A stretch of DNA of 64,000 nucleotides from an uncultured virus (IMG/VR IMGVR_UViG_3300022602_000035). Lineage: Duplodnaviria; Heunggongvirae; Uroviricota; Caudoviricetes. The notes beneath the pieces were generated by a model. That model worked only from the letters and a program-made list of their open reading frames with translations. It made no database searches and was not told where the DNA came from. Made by a program: the position numbers and the translations under genes. Where the stretch lies: IMG/VR virus record IMGVR_UViG_3300022602_000035; one strand, written 5' to 3'. Below, in pieces: positions 46,480-57,498 of this stretch; the stretch's first letter is position 1; every line of letters begins with the position of its first letter.

Positions 46480-49400
46480 TGACAACATATTATAGCAACG
46501 TACAAGTATCGAAAGTATTAACCCTACGCGGTAATACTATACAGAATAATCGTTATACTGGTATCCCAGGTGAAATCACAGTTGATACACAGGTTAATAG
46601 TATTAGAATTCATGATGGCAGTACTTTAGGTGGTCATCCAATTACATCAGCTATTGATACTTCACAACCAGTAACAGGTAATCTAATTCCTAGTGCCAAT
46701 GTTGCATACAGTTTAGGTAGCCAAACACATCAATGGAAAGATTTATGGGTCAGCAGTAATACTATCTATATCGGTGGCACTCCTTTAAGCATTAATTCCA
46801 GTGGTAATTTGTTAGTTAATGGCAATGTAGTATCTGGTAGTGGCGGAGGAAGTAGTTTAAGCAATGGAAGTAACGTGGTTAGCCTTGATGCTCATGGTGC
46901 ATTGAACCTAGCCAATGTTGGCTTGATCCGTGCTCCAGATAACGGAGCAGGTGCAATTAATCTAGCATCAAATACTTTTGTACAGATGCAATGGTCAGCG
47001 AATTCCAATACAGTCGATCCTAACAGTGATTGGACAGGATCAACTACCTGGGTCTATGTTGACAATGGTGGATTCCACGTTGAAGCTATCACGCCTGGTC
47101 ATGATGCTTATTGGAATTTTGATACTGCTGGCAATTTTACATTCCCAGATAACACCATACAAACCACAGCATTTAGTAATGTTGCTCTATCTAACTACCT
47201 TGCTGGCACGGTTACTATTGGTAATTTAACAGTACAAGGTAATATTACTACAGTTAATACAGAAATAGTACAACATAACGAAATAGTCGCTGGAAATATT
47301 ACCAGTAATAGTTACGTCACTGCTCAATACTTCCAAGGTGGAGCAGCAAGTTTATCAACGGTTAATACAACAGGTAATGTTACAATAGGTGGTAACTTAA
47401 CTGTATATGGCAATATCTTAACATTCGGCAATGTAACACAGGTATTAACTACAGTATACGGTAATACTGGTCAGTTCTTTGGTGGTTTAAATGGTTTCGG
47501 CGCACTATACGCAGGTATATCTTCTGGCTACTCAGTGCAGGCACAGACTGTATTAGAATTAGCCAGCAATTACAACGGATACAGTCAACTAAATCTACAG
47601 AATATTAATTCAGGTAATTCAGCAAGTGGCGACATTGTAGTTACCATGGACAATGGTAATACTACTGTTGGCTATATTGACATGGGTATTAACAGTTCTG
47701 GATTTGTTGGCGGCAGTGGAAGCGAATTAAATTACCCAGGTGACGGTTACTTATATGTTTACGGTAACCCACTTACTGGTGGCGGTAATTTATTATTATC
47801 AACTGCATTAAACAATGATATTGTATTCTCAACAGGCGGACAAGGATCAGCTAATGAACTTGGTCGTTTTGTTAACTCAACAAAAACATTTAAAGTAACT
47901 GGTAATATTACAGCTACCGGACAAATGACAATCGGCAGTACTAATGTTATTGCTAACTTAGGTGCTACTGCTGGGACGCTAACAACAATTAACGCTAACC
48001 TGGGTGCTACATCAGGTACGTTGGCAACTATAACTGCTAACTTAGGCAGTGTTGCTGGATCACTTGCTACCCTAACTGCTAACGCTGCTGTTCAAGCAGG
48101 TAACTTAGCAACTATAACAGCTAATTTAGGCGCAGTAAGTGGTTCATTAGCAAACTTAACAGCCAACACCGGCGGACTTGCTGGTGCAATTGTCACAGCC
48201 AACACAGCAATGAAAGGCTATGTTGACAGCGTATCAAATAATACATCGTATGGTAACAGTAACGTAGCCGCATACTTGGTAGCCAACCCACAGGGATCTA
48301 CTTACAGCAACAGCAATGTGGCCAGCTACTTACCTACATATTCAGGCAATATTGCCAATGTACGTTTAGGTACAAATGGCAAACTAACATTTGCTGATGG
48401 TACAACAATGACCACAGCTGCAACTGGCGGCGGTAGTAGTTATGGCAACAGCAATGTGGCCAGCTACTTGCCTACTTACTTTGGTAACGTTGGCAATGTC
48501 AAATTTGGCACCAGCAGTATGGGATTCCCGTACGGTACACAGTTCCTTGAAGTTAATAATTTAACCAGCGAAATCTTAGTACCGTATCAGTTTACAGTTA
48601 ACACCAACGGTGGTAGCATACAGTATACATTTGGCAACAGTGGTTACCTTGGCCTACCAGCTGGTGTAGTGTTCCCAGATTCAACACAACAAATCACAGC
48701 ATTCAGCAATGCCGCTGTTCTAACATATCTAACATCAGTTAACCCAGTCCAATTAGGTTCAGGTGCTGGCGCAACCAGCCAAGGTACAGACGCTGTAGCC
48801 ATTGGTCGTAGTGCAGGTAAACAACAAGGCACAGAATCTGTTGCTATTGGTGTAATCGCAGGACAAACTAATCAAGGCAGCTGGGGTGTAGCAATTGGTA
48901 GCAGTGCTGGTACAAGCAATCAAGGTCAACGTGCTGTAGCTATTGGGGTCCAAGCCGCTGAAGTTACCCAAGGCGCAGGCGCAGTGGCTATTGGTGCTTA
49001 TGCTGGTGATAATAATCAAGGACAATACGCAGTTGCTATTGGTACACACGCAGGTGACTCAAACCAACCGGCAAGCAGTATCATCTTAAATGCCAGCGGG
49101 TCAGCATTGAACGGCACCAACAGTGGCTTATATATCAACCCTGTGCGTAACGACCTAGCCAATGTGGCCAATGTTATCTACTACAACGCAGTGACCAATG
49201 AATTGACCTACGCACCTGCTCCAAGCAGTAGTAGTTATGGCAATACACAGGTAGCACAATATCTACAATATGGTAATATTAGTAACGTATCGGTGGCAGG
49301 TAACGTAAATGCCACTTACTTTATTGGTAACGGTGCATTACTAACTGGTATAGTATCCAGTGCTGGTACAACTTACAGCAATGCCAACGTAGCCAGTTAC

Positions 49401-51677
49401 CTGCCAACATACAGTGGCAATATTGCTAATATTACCTTAGGACCAAGTGGCGTATTGACATTTGCTGATGGTACTACACAGACCACAGCCAGTGGTAGTG
49501 GTTATAGCAACGTAAACGTTACAGCATTCTTAGCCAACAGTTCAATACTAAACTTTGGCAACATAGGTAACACATACCCAACACAAAGCAATATCTCCCA
49601 GGTACTTGTTGGACAGCAAACAGCCTTAACATCAGCAGGTGGCACCAATACAACTACAACCTACCTGATGAACAACTTGTATTTTGGCGCCAACGGTGCT
49701 GCATTCTATCGTAATACACAATCAGGTGCTGCTTGGATAACTATTGCTGGTAGTGGTATCAACTTTGCCGGCACAAGTGGTGCAGTAACAGGTAATACTG
49801 CTCAGGGCATGGGTTCATGGGCACAACTTAATTCTACAGCTTTTGCTACACAAAATGCTGTGGGTATTACCAGTGCTGGTACATTGGCAGTCAACGGTAC
49901 TGGCGGTATTACAACTACTCAAGGTACATTCCCTCTACTTAATGCCACAGCAACTACAATTAACTTTGGTGGTGCCGCAACAACAATAACTATGGGTACT
50001 ACAGCCAGCAACGTATGGGTTGGTAGTGCTTTAGGTAACAACACCAAGGCATTAACTCTACGTGCCACTGGTGTTTGGAATACTACTGTCTATGGTAGTT
50101 CAAGTGGTGGTTATAACAGTCCTCCGTACAACAACGTAGCTACCACAGGTGGTAGTGGTGCGGGCATGACAGTAAACTTAACTGGTGTAGTTGGTGGTTA
50201 CCCAAGTGGTGCCACAGTAGTTAACCCTGGCGTTGGATACAAGAACGGTGATGTTATCACTGCCACTGGTGGTGCTTACTTCACTATAACCAATTATAGT
50301 TCTATCAACACTGGTAACAGTGCAGCCGCTTATACATTAGACATTGACGGTAACCTAACAGTTCCAGGTAACTTAATTACCACTGGTGGATTGTTCATTA
50401 GTAATATTTCAAGTGCTAACTACATCACAGCTAATACTATCGTAACCACAGGTGGCTGGGGTAATATCAGCAACGTAGCTTACATAACAGCCAACACTAT
50501 TATATCTACAGCATCAATTGTTGGTGACTTCAGCAATGCCAATGTTAATGCTAGAACAATATTTGTTACATCAGCTACTAACGGTACAACAGGAATCTAC
50601 GCAGTACCAAACGGTTCTAGTACAGGTGCTGCATGGCAGGCTGTTAACAGTAGTAACTTAGCGGCCGCAAGTAAGATTATGATTACCACAAATGGTACTA
50701 CTGATGTACAGTTAGTATCAGGTATTAACGGCGCAGGCACATACCTACCATTGAGCTTCTACAACAACGGTAGTGCGCAGATGCAGTTAACTGTAGCTGG
50801 TAACTTGAACATGACTGTGAACAACAGTGTATCTACAAGTGGTACTGGTTACTTCATTGGTAACGTAGTTGGCACACAGTATGGTAATAGCAGTGGCACA
50901 ACTGCTACCTACACTGGTAATGTCACAGCTGGTGGCATAGTTGCTACACAATATGGTAACAGTTATGGTACCACAGCATCATATACTGGTAATATCACGG
51001 CTGGTGGCAGCAGTGGACCGCAGACACGTTTCTTATGGGACACTTGGCAGGCTAACTCCACCTCAGCATTGTCAGCATTTACACCAAGTGGTACCATTGG
51101 CGGTAATGCTACATGGGATAGCACTCAAGCATACGGGTTGAAACTAACTACCACTACTACTTCACAAAGCGGTTATATCAGCTGGAACAGTAGCACAGTT
51201 AACTATATCTATGACATGACCATTACGGCAAGTATTGGTGCCAGTGGTGGTACTGGTGCTGACGGACAATGGATTTATTTTGGTGCCAATGCTGTGGTCT
51301 CAGGTAATCCAGGTAATACTAATAGTTTTGGCGGCATAGCAGTTTTTAACCACTTCTATTCTGGAGCAAATCAATTTGAAGTTTACGTTAACGGCACACA
51401 GACTAACATTCCATTTATATTAGAAGGATCTAGTTCATATAATCCAAGCGGTATCACTGTTTGGAACGCATCTTATACAAGTTTCTATAACTTGACATTG
51501 AAAATACGTAAAATACAAAACGGTGCTCGTATGTTGGAAGTATATCTAAATGAAGCATACCAAGGCGCTGTGAATATCAGCTCGTGGACTCCGGCTGGTA
51601 ACTACTACGGAGTAGCGGCCTACACAGGCGGCAGCACTGCTCAAATGTGGGTGCGTCAATTGAGAATAGACTGGTAA
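46479..51677 (+). CDS. Large tail fibre / adhesin (1732 aa)
   Basis: N-terminal GEITVDT...RIHDGSTLGG, FPDxTxQTTA repeats, YadA-like AVAIG repeats, lectin-like C-terminus; rich in G/N/T/S. Confidence 0.85.
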   Translation: MTTYYSNVQVSKVLTLRGNTIQNNRYTGIPGEITVDTQVNSIRIHDGSTLGGHPITSAIDTSQPVTGNLIPSANVAYSLGSQTHQWKDLWVSSNTIYIGGTPLSINSSGNLLVNGNVVSGSGGGSSLSNGSNVVSLDAHGALNLANVGLIRAPDNGAGAINLASNTFVQMQWSANSNTVDPNSDWTGSTTWVYVDNGGFHVEAITPGHDAYWNFDTAGNFTFPDNTIQTTAFSNVALSNYLAGTVTIGNLTVQGNITTVNTEIVQHNEIVAGNITSNSYVTAQYFQGGAASLSTVNTTGNVTIGGNLTVYGNILTFGNVTQVLTTVYGNTGQFFGGLNGFGALYAGISSGYSVQAQTVLELASNYNGYSQLNLQNINSGNSASGDIVVTMDNGNTTVGYIDMGINSSGFVGGSGSELNYPGDGYLYVYGNPLTGGGNLLLSTALNNDIVFSTGGQGSANELGRFVNSTKTFKVTGNITATGQMTIGSTNVIANLGATAGTLTTINANLGATSGTLATITANLGSVAGSLATLTANAAVQAGNLATITANLGAVSGSLANLTANTGGLAGAIVTANTAMKGYVDSVSNNTSYGNSNVAAYLVANPQGSTYSNSNVASYLPTYSGNIANVRLGTNGKLTFADGTTMTTAATGGGSSYGNSNVASYLPTYFGNVGNVKFGTSSMGFPYGTQFLEVNNLTSEILVPYQFTVNTNGGSIQYTFGNSGYLGLPAGVVFPDSTQQITAFSNAAVLTYLTSVNPVQLGSGAGATSQGTDAVAIGRSAGKQQGTESVAIGVIAGQTNQGSWGVAIGSSAGTSNQGQRAVAIGVQAAEVTQGAGAVAIGAYAGDNNQGQYAVAIGTHAGDSNQPASSIILNASGSALNGTNSGLYINPVRNDLANVANVIYYNAVTNELTYAPAPSSSSYGNTQVAQYLQYGNISNVSVAGNVNATYFIGNGALLTGIVSSAGTTYSNANVASYLPTYSGNIANITLGPSGVLTFADGTTQTTASGSGYSNVNVTAFLANSSILNFGNIGNTYPTQSNISQVLVGQQTALTSAGGTNTTTTYLMNNLYFGANGAAFYRNTQSGAAWITIAGSGINFAGTSGAVTGNTAQGMGSWAQLNSTAFATQNAVGITSAGTLAVNGTGGITTTQGTFPLLNATATTINFGGAATTITMGTTASNVWVGSALGNNTKALTLRATGVWNTTVYGSSSGGYNSPPYNNVATTGGSGAGMTVNLTGVVGGYPSGATVVNPGVGYKNGDVITATGGAYFTITNYSSINTGNSAAAYTLDIDGNLTVPGNLITTGGLFISNISSANYITANTIVTTGGWGNISNVAYITANTIISTASIVGDFSNANVNARTIFVTSATNGTTGIYAVPNGSSTGAAWQAVNSSNLAAASKIMITTNGTTDVQLVSGINGAGTYLPLSFYNNGSAQMQLTVAGNLNMTVNNSVSTSGTGYFIGNVVGTQYGNSSGTTATYTGNVTAGGIVATQYGNSYGTTASYTGNITAGGSSGPQTRFLWDTWQANSTSALSAFTPSGTIGGNATWDSTQAYGLKLTTTTTSQSGYISWNSSTVNYIYDMTITASIGASGGTGADGQWIYFGANAVVSGNPGNTNSFGGIAVFNHFYSGANQFEVYVNGTQTNIPFILEGSSSYNPSGITVWNASYTSFYNLTLKIRKIQNGARMLEVYLNEAYQGAVNISSWTPAGNYYGVAAYTGGSTAQMWVRQLRIDW

Positions 51678-51680
51678 ATT

Positions 51681-53798
51681 ATGCTAATAACCGGCGGCGT
51701 TCAAATCACAGGGGGTGTTCAAATAATCGACTTCCCAGGAATTGTCTACAGTTCCAGCGGATCCTTGCGTTTATCAGGCTCAGCAAATCAATACGTAAGT
51801 ATACCAGCTAACTCAGCATTTACTCTAGGCCTAAACGACTTTACTATCGAATGGTGGCAGTATCAAACTGGATTCCTAGGTGCCTATGATGCACCTTGGT
51901 GTTATGCCGTTGGTGCTGTGACTTGGAGCACTAACTTATTTTATGTAAACTGCGGCACAAACGGACTAACCGTTGCTATTGCTAACGGCGTTAGCACCTG
52001 GGCCTGGGTTCCAACTGTTCCAGCACCAACGTTAAATCAATGGCATCATATTGCTATCACACGTCAAGGTACTACTTGGAAATTATTTGTAGACGGGCAG
52101 ATCAAGGCCATGACCTCTGGTGTTACAGCCAATATTATCGCACAGGGTAGTTCAATGCTGATTGGTGCTGCAACTGGCAACCCTGGGGGCACAGCACCAT
52201 TCAATGGTTATATCAGTAACTTTAGATTGATTAACGGCCGATCATTGTATACATATAACTTTACTCCGCCACTGGGTACATTGACCGCAGTAGCAAATAC
52301 CGCAGTGTTATTATCAGAAACTACCAGTGCAAATGTGTTAACTGACGCCAGCACAAATAACTTTACAATACAGGCCAACAGTGCTTCGGCCAGTTTCAAT
52401 GGTACTTCGGCAAACTTGTCTGCTACATATACTACTACCAACCATGACTGGTACACTGCCAGCAACTATTACACACTTGAAGCGTGGATTAATCCTACTA
52501 CATTTACGGGCTGGGCAAGTAACGGTCAGCCTACACTAATTGGTAACATGGATTGGAACACAGCCAACAACTTCTGGAGTTTTGGCATCAACGGCACAGG
52601 TAATGTGGCATTTAGTTATGCGGCTTCATCGGGCAATAACATCATAACCAGTAACACCACAGTCACTGCCAATACATGGAATCACATTGCTATGACCTAT
52701 AACAGTGTTAATAATAATATTATTCTATATGTAAATGGCACTAAAGACACCTTGGCCAACCTCCGTGCTAACGTTGGTACTTTCCAATCTAACGCCAGTT
52801 CTAGATTAACTATTGGTGCTTATAACAATACCTACATTGCGGGCAACGTGTCTGGTATAAGAATGGTCAAGAGTGCTACAACATTGTCGGCTAATACTGT
52901 TTATACTGGTACATTTACTCCCCCAACACAGCCTGCATTACCAGTGTATAACTCAACTGCTACAGTTACTTCATTATTGTTACAATTAAATGGAACCGTC
53001 ACAGATACCGGCGGATACGGCACTACAATAACCAACTCGGGTGTGACTTATTCATATAGCAACAGTCCATTTACCGTAACCTACAGTAATGTTACACCAT
53101 TTACTACACCTACTATACCTAGTCAAGTTACTGGCAATGTCTTAATAAATCTTGACATGGCTAACTATACTTCAGGTAATGCTTGGGTTGACAGTGCTAA
53201 CGGTTATGGATTTACTTTCTATGCTAACAGTGGCACTACTTACCCTGGAGCACCCCCAGTAACTAACGTTGGTACATCTAAGGCTTACTTCTCTACTAAT
53301 AATACTTGGTGGGCTAAATCTAATACCAGTTCAATACTTCCAGGTAGTAGCACTAATTATACCAAGGGTATTGTTATCCGCGGCACTAATACATTTGCAG
53401 CACCATTTGGCTCTGGTTACGCACTATGTAGTAGTGAAGCCTATGATACCTTCTTGTACAACAAAGGTGCGGGTAACCACATGACTGGTAGTAGCAGTTA
53501 TTCAGATGTTGTACAAACCTTAGGTAACGTGTCATCTAACCAATGGTATTATATGAGTGTGAGTTGTGATTTTGCCACAGGATGGACTTTTTATGCTAAT
53601 GGACAATTAGTAGGTGTTGCGGCACCTACAGCGGTCAAGCCGGCATCAACTCCGGTAGTTGGTGCTACACAAACTGTGCCAGGTGTAGTTGGTAATATCG
53701 CTGCCGCACATATCTACACTAGAACACTCACAGCCGCAGAACATTTACAGAATGCCCAATACTGGCTAAGTAGATATAACGGCACAAACCCAGCATAG
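51681..53798 (+). CDS. LamG / concanavalin-like lectin repeat virion protein
   Basis: DFTIEWW, WHHIAITR, FNGYISNFR, TLEAWINP, WNHIAMT; three modules. Confidence 0.82.
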   Translation: MLITGGVQITGGVQIIDFPGIVYSSSGSLRLSGSANQYVSIPANSAFTLGLNDFTIEWWQYQTGFLGAYDAPWCYAVGAVTWSTNLFYVNCGTNGLTVAIANGVSTWAWVPTVPAPTLNQWHHIAITRQGTTWKLFVDGQIKAMTSGVTANIIAQGSSMLIGAATGNPGGTAPFNGYISNFRLINGRSLYTYNFTPPLGTLTAVANTAVLLSETTSANVLTDASTNNFTIQANSASASFNGTSANLSATYTTTNHDWYTASNYYTLEAWINPTTFTGWASNGQPTLIGNMDWNTANNFWSFGINGTGNVAFSYAASSGNNIITSNTTVTANTWNHIAMTYNSVNNNIILYVNGTKDTLANLRANVGTFQSNASSRLTIGAYNNTYIAGNVSGIRMVKSATTLSANTVYTGTFTPPTQPALPVYNSTATVTSLLLQLNGTVTDTGGYGTTITNSGVTYSYSNSPFTVTYSNVTPFTTPTIPSQVTGNVLINLDMANYTSGNAWVDSANGYGFTFYANSGTTYPGAPPVTNVGTSKAYFSTNNTWWAKSNTSSILPGSSTNYTKGIVIRGTNTFAAPFGSGYALCSSEAYDTFLYNKGAGNHMTGSSSYSDVVQTLGNVSSNQWYYMSVSCDFATGWTFYANGQLVGVAAPTAVKPASTPVVGATQTVPGVVGNIAAAHIYTRTLTAAEHLQNAQYWLSRYNGTNPA

Positions 53799-53806
53799 GA
53801 TACAAC

Positions 53807-53926
53807 ATGGCATTAATAATAGGCACAGGAACATACTACAGCATGCAAGTCTATAACACAGCGTTGACCTACGGACAAATACAGACAAATTATCAAACTC
53901 TCAAAGGCACATACGGATTACCATAA
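53807..53926 (+). pseudogene. 39-aa remnant of a LamG gene (internal deletion)
   Basis: MALIIGTG start joined directly to LamG-type end QVYNTALTYGQIQTNY. Confidence 0.55.
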
Positions 53927-55023
53927 TGGATATTAGAGGTGTACACATCAGTGGAGCAACAATAAATGGGTTAAATGCCTTATATGCTTTTACGAATTTT
54001 CTATTTACTACTGCTGGTATAACTGGCCCAACCGGCCCTACACTAGGCAATGTCTACACCAGCTATAGTAATGTAGGCAACACTTGGCTACAAAATACCA
54101 GTTTCTTTAACGTAACAACACCCGGATATCAACAGTGGACTGTACCAGCATCGGGAACATATAAGATTACGGCAGCTGGCGCTCGTGGCGGAATTAACTT
54201 GTATGCGGCATCAACTTATGGCAACACCTGGGGGAATGGAGCAGTTATCAGTGGATCATTTTATCTACAACAAGGTGCTAACGTAACTGTATTAGTTGGA
54301 CAAATACCGCAACCAACTGCAACTGCTGGTTCATATAACGGAGCAGGCGGTGGTGGTGGATCATTTGTAGTTTTAAATCAATCAACTCCTTTGATTGTAG
54401 CTGGCGGTGGTGGTGGTACAGGAGCATACGCAAGTCCTCCAACTCCTTGGCCACATCAAGCCAACGGTGTTAATGGTACTACTAACATTAATGGTACTAA
54501 CTCAGTTAATGGAGCACCAGGCGGTGTAGCTGGTACAGGTGGTAACAGCCATGTTAACGGTAACGCAGTAGTGAGTAGCAATCCTTATGATGGCGGTGCT
54601 GGTGGTGGGTTCTTATCAAATGGTGCTGGTGGTGTAGGTGGCAACATACGTACAAATACTCAACAGACATCTGCCGGTGCTGGTGGACAGGGTTATCAAT
54701 CAGGAGCCATTGGTGGCTATCCTGCGTCTAGTTATCTAACATCAGAAAGTTATGGCGGTTTTGGCGGTGGTGGCGGTGGTGGTCCTATTGCAGGTGGCGG
54801 TGCTGGCGGCTATTCTGGTGGTGGCGGTGGCTGGGCCAATACATCACCTGTAAGTGATGGCGGTGGTGGCGGTGGTAGCTTTATTGCCAATACTGTTATT
54901 AGTTCCGTAGCGACCAGCGACGGTAACTATAATGGATCAAATGTCTATAATGCTATTAGTATCACTAATCTAGCCGCGTGGAATTCAAATTCTGGTTATG
55001 TACAGATCACAAGAATATCATAA
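53926..55023 (+). CDS. Glycine-rich virion protein
   Basis: WTVPASGTYKITAAGARGG, GGGGGSF, poly-Gly tracts. Confidence 0.78.
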   Translation: MDIRGVHISGATINGLNALYAFTNFLFTTAGITGPTGPTLGNVYTSYSNVGNTWLQNTSFFNVTTPGYQQWTVPASGTYKITAAGARGGINLYAASTYGNTWGNGAVISGSFYLQQGANVTVLVGQIPQPTATAGSYNGAGGGGGSFVVLNQSTPLIVAGGGGGTGAYASPPTPWPHQANGVNGTTNINGTNSVNGAPGGVAGTGGNSHVNGNAVVSSNPYDGGAGGGFLSNGAGGVGGNIRTNTQQTSAGAGGQGYQSGAIGGYPASSYLTSESYGGFGGGGGGGPIAGGGAGGYSGGGGGWANTSPVSDGGGGGGSFIANTVISSVATSDGNYNGSNVYNAISITNLAAWNSNSGYVQITRIS

Positions 55024-55061
55024 TCATTGACAACTGTTGAAATTTAGTATATAATACATAT

Positions 55062-56093
55062 ATGCTGAATATCATCTCTGATTTCATTAAAAGCCTATTA
55101 CCTGCAAAACGTAAAACAACTCCTAGTGGTTGGATTTCGTTCAATGCGCCTTGCTGTGTACACAACGGAGACTCAGCAGATACACGTGGCCGCGGCGGGT
55201 TAACTGCTAACGCAGATGGTAGCGTATCATATCACTGTTTTAATTGTAATTTCAAAGCCAGTTATCAACCAGGTCGTCATTTAACATTTAAATTCCGTAA
55301 ATTACTGTCATGGATGGGTGCTGGCGATAATGATGTTAAACGTCTGGTAATTGAAGCTATCCGTATTAAAGACCTAGTAGCACCAGAACAAGTAACAGAA
55401 CCAGAAGAAAAAGTTGAGTTTAAGGTTAGAGAGTTACCGGAAGGCGCAATTAGTTTCCAAGCACTGCTCTCATTTCATTTGCTTGATGATTTACGTAATG
55501 TCCCGGAACTGTTAAATTCAGCAGTTGATTATGTTAAAGCTCGTAAAATTAACACAGACCGTTATGATTTTTATTGGACTGATTCAACAGATCATAGTCT
55601 ACATCAACGTGTGATCATTCCTACAATCTGGGAAGGCCGCACTGTTGGCTACACAAGTCGTGCATTCGTAGACGGAGTAAAACCAAAATATTATAGCAGT
55701 TATGAACCTAATATGGTGTTTAACACTAACAATCAGCACCGTGATAATAAATTTGTTATCGTCTGTGAAGGCCCATTTGATGCTATGAGCATAGATGGTG
55801 TAGCAGTCTTAGGTAATGAATGTAGTGAAGTTCAAGCAGATATTATCGATAGCCTAGGTCGAGAAGTTATTGTGGTCGCCGATGCCGATAAATCAGGTAG
55901 TAAGTTAGTTGATGCGGCAATTAAGTATGGTTGGAGTGTGGCATTCCCTGTATGGCAAGAAGACACTGACTGCAAAGATATTAGTGATGCTGTGGTCAAA
56001 TATGGTAAGTTGTTTGTGCTTAAATCTATTATTGACAGTAAAGAAACGAGCAAGTTAAAAATTGAACTCATGAAGAAGAGATTGTATAATTAA
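55062..56093 (+). CDS. DNA primase
   Basis: Zn-binding YHCFNC; TOPRIM EGPFDA and DADKSG. Confidence 0.88.
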   Translation: MLNIISDFIKSLLPAKRKTTPSGWISFNAPCCVHNGDSADTRGRGGLTANADGSVSYHCFNCNFKASYQPGRHLTFKFRKLLSWMGAGDNDVKRLVIEAIRIKDLVAPEQVTEPEEKVEFKVRELPEGAISFQALLSFHLLDDLRNVPELLNSAVDYVKARKINTDRYDFYWTDSTDHSLHQRVIIPTIWEGRTVGYTSRAFVDGVKPKYYSSYEPNMVFNTNNQHRDNKFVIVCEGPFDAMSIDGVAVLGNECSEVQADIIDSLGREVIVVADADKSGSKLVDAAIKYGWSVAFPVWQEDTDCKDISDAVVKYGKLFVLKSIIDSKETSKLKIELMKKRLYN

Positions 56094-56097
56094 TAAT

Positions 56098-57498
56098 ATG
56101 TCAAAAGAATATACCTCAGATTTACAAAAATTGTTTATAGAAATGATGTTGCAGAACCCAGAAAGCTATGTTAGGGTTCAAAACATCTACAATCCAGAAA
56201 ACTTTAGTAGAGAACTACGCGAAGTAGCTAAATTTATCAAGTCACACAGCGATGAATATAAAGCTATGCCCACGCATGAACAGATTAAAGCAGTTACTAA
56301 TGTAGAGCTTAAACATGTACCAGACCTAACAGATGATCATTACAATTGGTTTATGACAGAGTTTGAGGGATTCACTAAACAACAAGAATTAAGTCGTGCA
56401 ATCTTATCAGCGGCAGATATGTTAGAAAAAGGTGATTATGATCCAGTTGAAAAACTAATCAAAGATGCAGTACAGATTAGTCTAACCAAAGACATGGGCA
56501 CAGACTATTTCTATGATCCAAAAGCACGTATTAACAAATACTTTAACAGTGGTGGACAGGTAAGTACTGGTTGGCCACAAATGGATAAACTCTTATATGG
56601 TGGCTTTAGTCGCGGAGAATTAAACATCTTTGCAGGTGGATCTGGTTCAGGTAAATCACTTGTAATGATGAACATTGCCCTAAGTTGGTTACAAGCTGGC
56701 CTAAGCGGTGTGTATGTATCACTTGAATTGAGCGAAGAACTTTGCGCACTTAGAACTGATGCTATGCTAACTGACATGAGTACCAAAGATATTCGCAAGG
56801 ATATAGACACAACTGAGCTTAAGGTTAAATTAGTAAGTAAAAAATCTGGACAATATCGTATTAAAGGATTGCCTGCACAGAGCACAGTTAATGATATTAG
56901 ATCATATTTAAAAGAAGTGCAACTCCAAACAGGTATTAGAATTGACTTTGTTATGGTAGATTACTTGGATCTAGTAATGCCAGTATCAGTTAAAGTTAAT
57001 CCAAATGATCAGTTTATCAAAGACAAATATGTCGCAGAAGAACTGCGTAATTTAGCTAAAGAATTAAATGTGTTGTTGGTAACAGCATCGCAGTTAAATC
57101 GTAGTGCTGTTGAAGAAATTGAATTTGATCACAGTCATATTGCTGGTGGTATATCTAAGATCAATACAGCAGATAACGTGTTTGGTATCTTTACCAGCCG
57201 TGCTATGAAAGAACGTGGTCGTTATCAATTACAGTGTATGAAGTCACGTAGTAGTACTGGCGTAGGACACAAGATTGACCTAACCTATAACATCGAAACT
57301 ATGCGTATCACTGACGAAGGTGAAGATCTAATCGGTGATAGTAATGGTGCAAGTCGTAATGTAAACAACGTATTAAACAACATTAAATCAAGTTCAACTG
57401 TAAACAAAGACACAGGTGAAATACTACCTAAGATTAATGCAGAAGTACAAAGTAGTAAACTTAAGAGTATGTTAGCAGGTCTTAAAAATTCAGAATGA
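56098..57498 (+). CDS. Replicative DnaB-like helicase (T4 gp41-like)
   Basis: GGSGSGKS, SLELSE, VDYLDL, TASQLNR. Confidence 0.92.
   Translation: MSKEYTSDLQKLFIEMMLQNPESYVRVQNIYNPENFSRELREVAKFIKSHSDEYKAMPTHEQIKAVTNVELKHVPDLTDDHYNWFMTEFEGFTKQQELSRAILSAADMLEKGDYDPVEKLIKDAVQISLTKDMGTDYFYDPKARINKYFNSGGQVSTGWPQMDKLLYGGFSRGELNIFAGGSGSGKSLVMMNIALSWLQAGLSGVYVSLELSEELCALRTDAMLTDMSTKDIRKDIDTTELKVKLVSKKSGQYRIKGLPAQSTVNDIRSYLKEVQLQTGIRIDFVMVDYLDLVMPVSVKVNPNDQFIKDKYVAEELRNLAKELNVLLVTASQLNRSAVEEIEFDHSHIAGGISKINTADNVFGIFTSRAMKERGRYQLQCMKSRSSTGVGHKIDLTYNIETMRITDEGEDLIGDSNGASRNVNNVLNNIKSSSTVNKDTGEILPKINAEVQSSKLKSMLAGLKNSE

Noticed and set aside
47940..49500. CRISPR array or diversity-generating retroelement in the repeated fibre region
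   Set aside because: Repeats are in-frame, degenerate protein repeats; no constant repeat-spacer pattern, no reverse transcriptase and no adenine-specific TR/VR pair seen
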